Assembly (NCBI GenBank): GCA_905199285.1 | Contig: CAJKFZ010000001.1 | Location: 1-55,175 of the forward strand | DNA length: 55,175 nucleotides | From: an uncultured Ruminococcus sp. | GTDB taxonomy: Bacteria > Bacillota > Clostridia > Oscillospirales > Ruminococcaceae | Direction: 5' to 3' | Shown: piece by piece, positions 51,204-55,175 of the stretch | Position numbering within the stretch: the stretch's first letter is position 1 | How the letters are laid out: each line of letters begins with the position of its first letter | Notes under the pieces: model-generated | What the model saw: only the letters and a program-made list of their open reading frames with translations | Databases searched by the model: none | What the model was told of the DNA's origin: nothing | Position numbers and translations under genes: made by a program

Positions 51204-53540
51204 ATGATAATGTGCAGTAACTGCAAAAAAAGACCAGCCGTTGTTTTTATAACATCGGTTCAGGGAAATGAAAAAAAGAACGAGGGACTTTGTCTTTCTT
51301 GCGCAAGAGAAAGAAATATTCCGCAGGTTGCAGAATATATGGATAAGCTGGGAATATCAAATGAAGAGATCGATCAGCTTTCCGACCAGATGATGGATAT
51401 GCTCGACGGCGACAGCTTTGAAATGGGCGGCTCTGGATTAATGCCAAACTTTCTTTCAAATATGTTTGGTATAAGTTCATCGGCTGAAGAGGAATCGGAA
51501 GATGTTTCCGATAAAAAACAGCCAGCAAAGGAAAACTCCTCTTCATCAGGTAATAATCAGGAAAACAGCGGAAAAAAAGGTCTTTTCCAGAGAAAGGATA
51601 AAAAATCAAAAGAACCTAAATTCCTCGGAACATACTGTACTAACCTTTCGCAGAAAGCAGCTGACGGCGAGCTTGATAATATTATCGGCAGAGATAAGGA
51701 AATTGCAAGAGTTATTCAGATACTTTCAAGAAGAACCAAAAACAATCCATGTCTTATAGGTGAACCGGGTGTTGGTAAAACAGCCATTGCCGAGGGCATT
51801 GCTCAGCGTATAAACGATAAGAATGTTCCGTATAATCTTGCGAATAAAAAGGTTTATCTGCTTGATCTGACGGCGCTTGTTGCGGGAACTCAGTTCAGAG
51901 GACAGTTTGAAAGCCGTGTTAAGGGTCTTATCGACGAAGTAAAGCGTGAGCATAATATTATTCTTTTTATTGACGAAGTTCATAATCTTGTGGGCGCAGG
52001 CGATTCGGAAGGTTCAATGAATGCTGCAAATATTCTTAAACCGGCTCTTTCAAGAGGCGAGGTTCAGGTTATAGGAGCAACAACGTTCGGCGAATACAGA
52101 AAATACATCGAAAAAGATTCCGCTCTTGAAAGACGTTTCCAGCCCGTTACGGTAAGCGAACCGACTATTGAAGATACTGTTGACGTTCTTCTCGGAATTA
52201 AAAAGCATTACGAGGAATATCATAACGTTCATATTTCCGATTATCTTTTAAGAGTCTGCGCCGTTCTTTCAGAAAGATATATAACCGACAGATTTCTTCC
52301 CGATAAGGCTATAGACCTTATGGACGAAGGCTGTGCAAGAGCCTGCATACGTACTCCGGAGGTTGCCGAATATGCTTCTCTTAAAAAGGAAATAAGCGTT
52401 CTTGAGGGCATGGAGGACGTTATTATGGATAATCCCGAAATAGATTACGAAGCTCTTGCCGAGGTTAAAGGAAAGCTTATCCACGCCCGTGAAGCAATGG
52501 AAAAGATCAAGGATACCGCCGGAAACGTTCAGGTAACCGAAGAGGATATCGCTAAGGTAGTCGAGCTTTGGACCGGTATTCCCGCAAACAAAATTGCAGA
52601 GACTGAATTCCTTAAAATTGCCCGCCTTGAAGAATCTCTTAAAAAGAGAGTTGTTGGACAGGATGAAGCGGTTTCTCTTATTTCAAAGGCTATCAAGCGC
52701 ACAAGAGTTCGTCTTAATAAGCGCCGCAGACCGGCTTCGTTCATTTTCGTAGGTCCTACGGGAGTGGGTAAAACAGAGCTGGTAAAGGCTCTTGCCGAGG
52801 AAATGTTCGATTCTCCGGAGCCGCTTATCAGACTTGATATGACAGAATACATGGAAAAGCATTCCGTTGCAAGAATGATAGGTTCTCCTCCCGGATATGT
52901 AGGCTATGATGAAGCAGGTCAGCTTACAGAAAAAGTCCGCAGACGCCCGTATTCCGTTATTCTTTTTGATGAAATCGAAAAAGCGCATCCTGATGTTATG
53001 AATATTCTCATGCAGATCCTTGATGAGGGCAAGGTTGATGATTCTCACGGTAGAACGGTCAATTTTGAAAATACCATTATCTGCATGACGTCCAATGCAG
53101 GTTCGACTGATAAATCAACGGGAGTCGGCTTCAACAAAACAACAGAAGAGGTTTCCAGAGACAGAGCTGTTAAGGGATTAAGAGAATTCCTTCGTCCGGA
53201 ATTTATAAGCCGAATCGACGAGATCGTTGTGTTCAATCAGCTTACAAAGAAGGATTTTGAAAGCATTGCCGCTCTTATGCTTGATGAAATGAGAGATCCG
53301 CTTGCTGAAAAGGACATAAAGCTTCGCTGCGATGAATGTGCACTTGCGGCTATTGCGGAAAAATCTTACGGAAAACCGTACGGTGCAAGAGATATCAGAA
53401 GAGTTATCAGACAGGATATCGAAAATAAAATTGCTGAAATAATAATCGAGCAGGCTTCCTCAACGAAAGAAATCGTAATATCAACAGATGAATCCGGCGA
53501 GATCGTTGTGGTTGGAAATAAGGAGTGTGGGACTGAATGA
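51204..53540 (+). CDS. Clp protease ATP-binding subunit (ClpE/ClpC-like, N-terminal Zn finger)
   Basis: CSNC...CLSC, GEPGVGKT, FIDEVH, RFLPDKAIDL, GPTGVGKT, GSPPGYVGY, GARDIRR. Confidence 0.93.
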   Translation: MIMCSNCKKRPAVVFITSVQGNEKKNEGLCLSCARERNIPQVAEYMDKLGISNEEIDQLSDQMMDMLDGDSFEMGGSGLMPNFLSNMFGISSSAEEESEDVSDKKQPAKENSSSSGNNQENSGKKGLFQRKDKKSKEPKFLGTYCTNLSQKAADGELDNIIGRDKEIARVIQILSRRTKNNPCLIGEPGVGKTAIAEGIAQRINDKNVPYNLANKKVYLLDLTALVAGTQFRGQFESRVKGLIDEVKREHNIILFIDEVHNLVGAGDSEGSMNAANILKPALSRGEVQVIGATTFGEYRKYIEKDSALERRFQPVTVSEPTIEDTVDVLLGIKKHYEEYHNVHISDYLLRVCAVLSERYITDRFLPDKAIDLMDEGCARACIRTPEVAEYASLKKEISVLEGMEDVIMDNPEIDYEALAEVKGKLIHAREAMEKIKDTAGNVQVTEEDIAKVVELWTGIPANKIAETEFLKIARLEESLKKRVVGQDEAVSLISKAIKRTRVRLNKRRRPASFIFVGPTGVGKTELVKALAEEMFDSPEPLIRLDMTEYMEKHSVARMIGSPPGYVGYDEAGQLTEKVRRRPYSVILFDEIEKAHPDVMNILMQILDEGKVDDSHGRTVNFENTIICMTSNAGSTDKSTGVGFNKTTEEVSRDRAVKGLREFLRPEFISRIDEIVVFNQLTKKDFESIAALMLDEMRDPLAEKDIKLRCDECALAAIAEKSYGKPYGARDIRRVIRQDIENKIAEIIIEQASSTKEIVISTDESGEIVVVGNKECGTE

Positions 53541-54175
53541 ATCACAGGCTGATAACGCTTGCGGCGGTCGTTTTAACTGCTTTAGGAGCTTTTTGCGGAT
53601 GCGGTAAAGAAGAGAGCAAGGTTGAGGAAATCCTTACTGAAAGCGAAAAAGCTTTCAACGAAAAATACAAAGATGTCCCCGATGATGAGGAAGGACCGAT
53701 TCTCTCGATAAGCAATACGACTGCTCCCGCTGGAGGAAGAGCCGAGGTAACGGTATCGGTAAAAAATGCGGCGGATAAGTGGAACGTTTGCGGAATTCAT
53801 GTATCATATCCGGAAGAGCTGGACTGTGTAAATGCGCACGAAGAAGGAAACGAAGCAGAATATGAGTTAGGCGAAGCCGCAGAAGATGCAAGTTTTTCAT
53901 CTGCAATGGAATGGCAGGGCGAAAGACCTGAAGAAATGGAAAATAAAAAGCTCGGAGCATTTTTCTTTACGGCAGGCTTTACGATGCAGGGCGGCGGAGA
54001 CGGCGATATAGTGACGTTTTATCTCGATATACCGGAAAATGCCGAAAGCGGAACCGTATATCCGATAGAGTTTTATTTCTTTGATGCCGATATATTTAAC
54101 GATTTGTCAGAAAATCGTTCTATGGAAAAATATGCGTTTTCACACTGGGAATCCGGAAGCGTTACTGTAGAATAA
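53537..54175 (+). CDS. Lipoprotein with a single cohesin-like domain
   Basis: Lipobox-like FCGC, then TAPAG..AEVTVSV, GIHVSY, DGDIVTF..DIPENAESGTVYPI and GSVTVE, resembling ruminococcal cohesins. Confidence 0.7.
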   Translation: MNHRLITLAAVVLTALGAFCGCGKEESKVEEILTESEKAFNEKYKDVPDDEEGPILSISNTTAPAGGRAEVTVSVKNAADKWNVCGIHVSYPEELDCVNAHEEGNEAEYELGEAAEDASFSSAMEWQGERPEEMENKKLGAFFFTAGFTMQGGGDGDIVTFYLDIPENAESGTVYPIEFYFFDADIFNDLSENRSMEKYAFSHWESGSVTVE

Positions 54176-54193
54176 AATAAAGAGTTAATAACA

Positions 54194-54296
54194 GGATTCC
54201 AAAGGGTTAATCAACTCTTTGGCAGGGAGTGAACGAGGGGAACGGCGTTCACCTGAGAAGCAGCGAACAGAGCAAAGCGATTGCGAGCGGACGGTT
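54194..54296 (+). repeat. Palindromic repeat copy 10 with second module
   Basis: GGATTCCAAAGGGTT..AACTCTTTGGCAGG, then CAGCGAACAGAGCAAAGCGATTGCGAGCGGACGGTT. Confidence 0.8.
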
Positions 54297-54407
54297 CACT
54301 GAAATTTTCTGGCTGCATAAAAAATAAATCGTACTGCCGCAGGAAAACAGCGGCAGACTGATTATGCGTGTTCTTCTTCTTTCAAATTTAGTTAATAGAG
54401 GTGTACT

Positions 54408-55175
54408 ATGTCGAATTTATATTCACTCGGCATTGATGTCGGCTCGACAACTGTCAAAACCGTCATAACCGATTCAAACAAAAATATCATATATTCAAAA
54501 TATCAGCGGCATTTTTCAAAAGTCAAGGAAACCGTTACCGATCAGCTTAAACTGATTCGGGCAGATTTCCCTGATGAAAAATTTACTGTTTGTATAACAG
54601 GTTCAGCCGGACTCGGACTTGCAAATTCCGCTGAGATACCATTCGTTCAGGAAGTTCATGCGGCATTCCTTGCCGTTAAGCAAAAGCATCCCGATGCCGA
54701 TTCCGTTATTGAGCTTGGCGGAGAGGACGCAAAGATAATTTTCCTCACAGGCGGCGTAGAACAGCGTATGAACGGTTCATGCGCCGGAGGTACGGGTGCG
54801 TTTATTGACCAGATGGCTACTCTTCTCGGAATTACCGCCGATGAACTGGATGAGCTTTCGCTTCATGCGCAAAAGGTATATCCTATTGCTTCACGCTGCG
54901 GAGTTTTCGCAAAATCCGATATCCAGCCGCTTCTTAATCAGGGGGCAAGACGTGAAGATATTGCTGCGAGTATATTTCAGGCTGTCGTTGACCAGACTGT
55001 TTCCGGTCTTGCTCAGGGACGTTCCATAGAGGGAAAAGTTTTGTTTCTCGGAGGTCCGCTTTTCTTCCTGAAAGGACTGAAAAAAGCCTTCGTGAAAACC
55101 CTCGGACTTGATGACGAGAATGCTGTGTTCCCGGATGAAGCTCCGGTTTTCGTGGCTTACGGCTGTTCGTTATAT
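54408..55175 (+). CDS. 2-hydroxyacyl-CoA dehydratase activase-like ATPase (BadF/BadG/BcrA/BcrD family), cut by the window end
   Basis: Translated by hand: MSNLYSLGIDVGSTTVK, ITGSAG, ELGGEDAK, MNGSCAGGTGAF, RCGVFAKS. RBS GAGG. Absent from the ORF track because it has no stop in the window. Confidence 0.88.
   Translation, partial: MSNLYSLGIDVGSTTVKTVITDSNKNIIYSKYQRHFSKVKETVTDQLKLIRADFPDEKFTVCITGSAGLGLANSAEIPFVQEVHAAFLAVKQKHPDADSVIELGGEDAKIIFLTGGVEQRMNGSCAGGTGAFIDQMATLLGITADELDELSLHAQKVYPIASRCGVFAKSDIQPLLNQGARREDIAASIFQAVVDQTVSGLAQGRSIEGKVLFLGGPLFFLKGLKKAFVKTLGLDDENAVFPDEAPVFVAYGCSLY

Overview
55-kb chromosomal window from a spore-forming Clostridia genome, probably a Ruminococcus-like Oscillospiraceae (inferred from spoIVB and a ruminococcal-type cohesin). 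Most of it is housekeeping. The left 35 kb is mainly on the minus strand: acetylesterase, two tandem U32-like paralogues, hydE, nadA, ridA, ilvA, the ilv/leu operon, a T-box-led leuA, spoIVB, ptsH, trmD, rimM, purB, glyQS, metH and pheA. The right 20 kb is on the plus strand: ruvCAB, a degenerate glmM paralogue, ecfAAT, yfhO, truA, a Clp ATPase, a cohesin lipoprotein and a partial CoA-activase. I found no rRNA, tRNA, CRISPR array, prophage or transposase. Most notable: (1) ten copies of a modular palindromic repeat (core GGGWTTCCAAAGGG-loop-CCCTTTGG) that also occurs as a long self-paired form and as an inverted doublet; (2) an unannotated Ile/Val-rich leader peptide with an attenuator upstream of ilvB, beside a classical Leu T-box; (3) a nadA-hydE-U32-U32 cluster of Fe-S proteins; (4) a GlmM paralogue lacking its catalytic motifs; (5) a separate TA-flanked MITE. 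All family calls come from motif recognition, not database searches.
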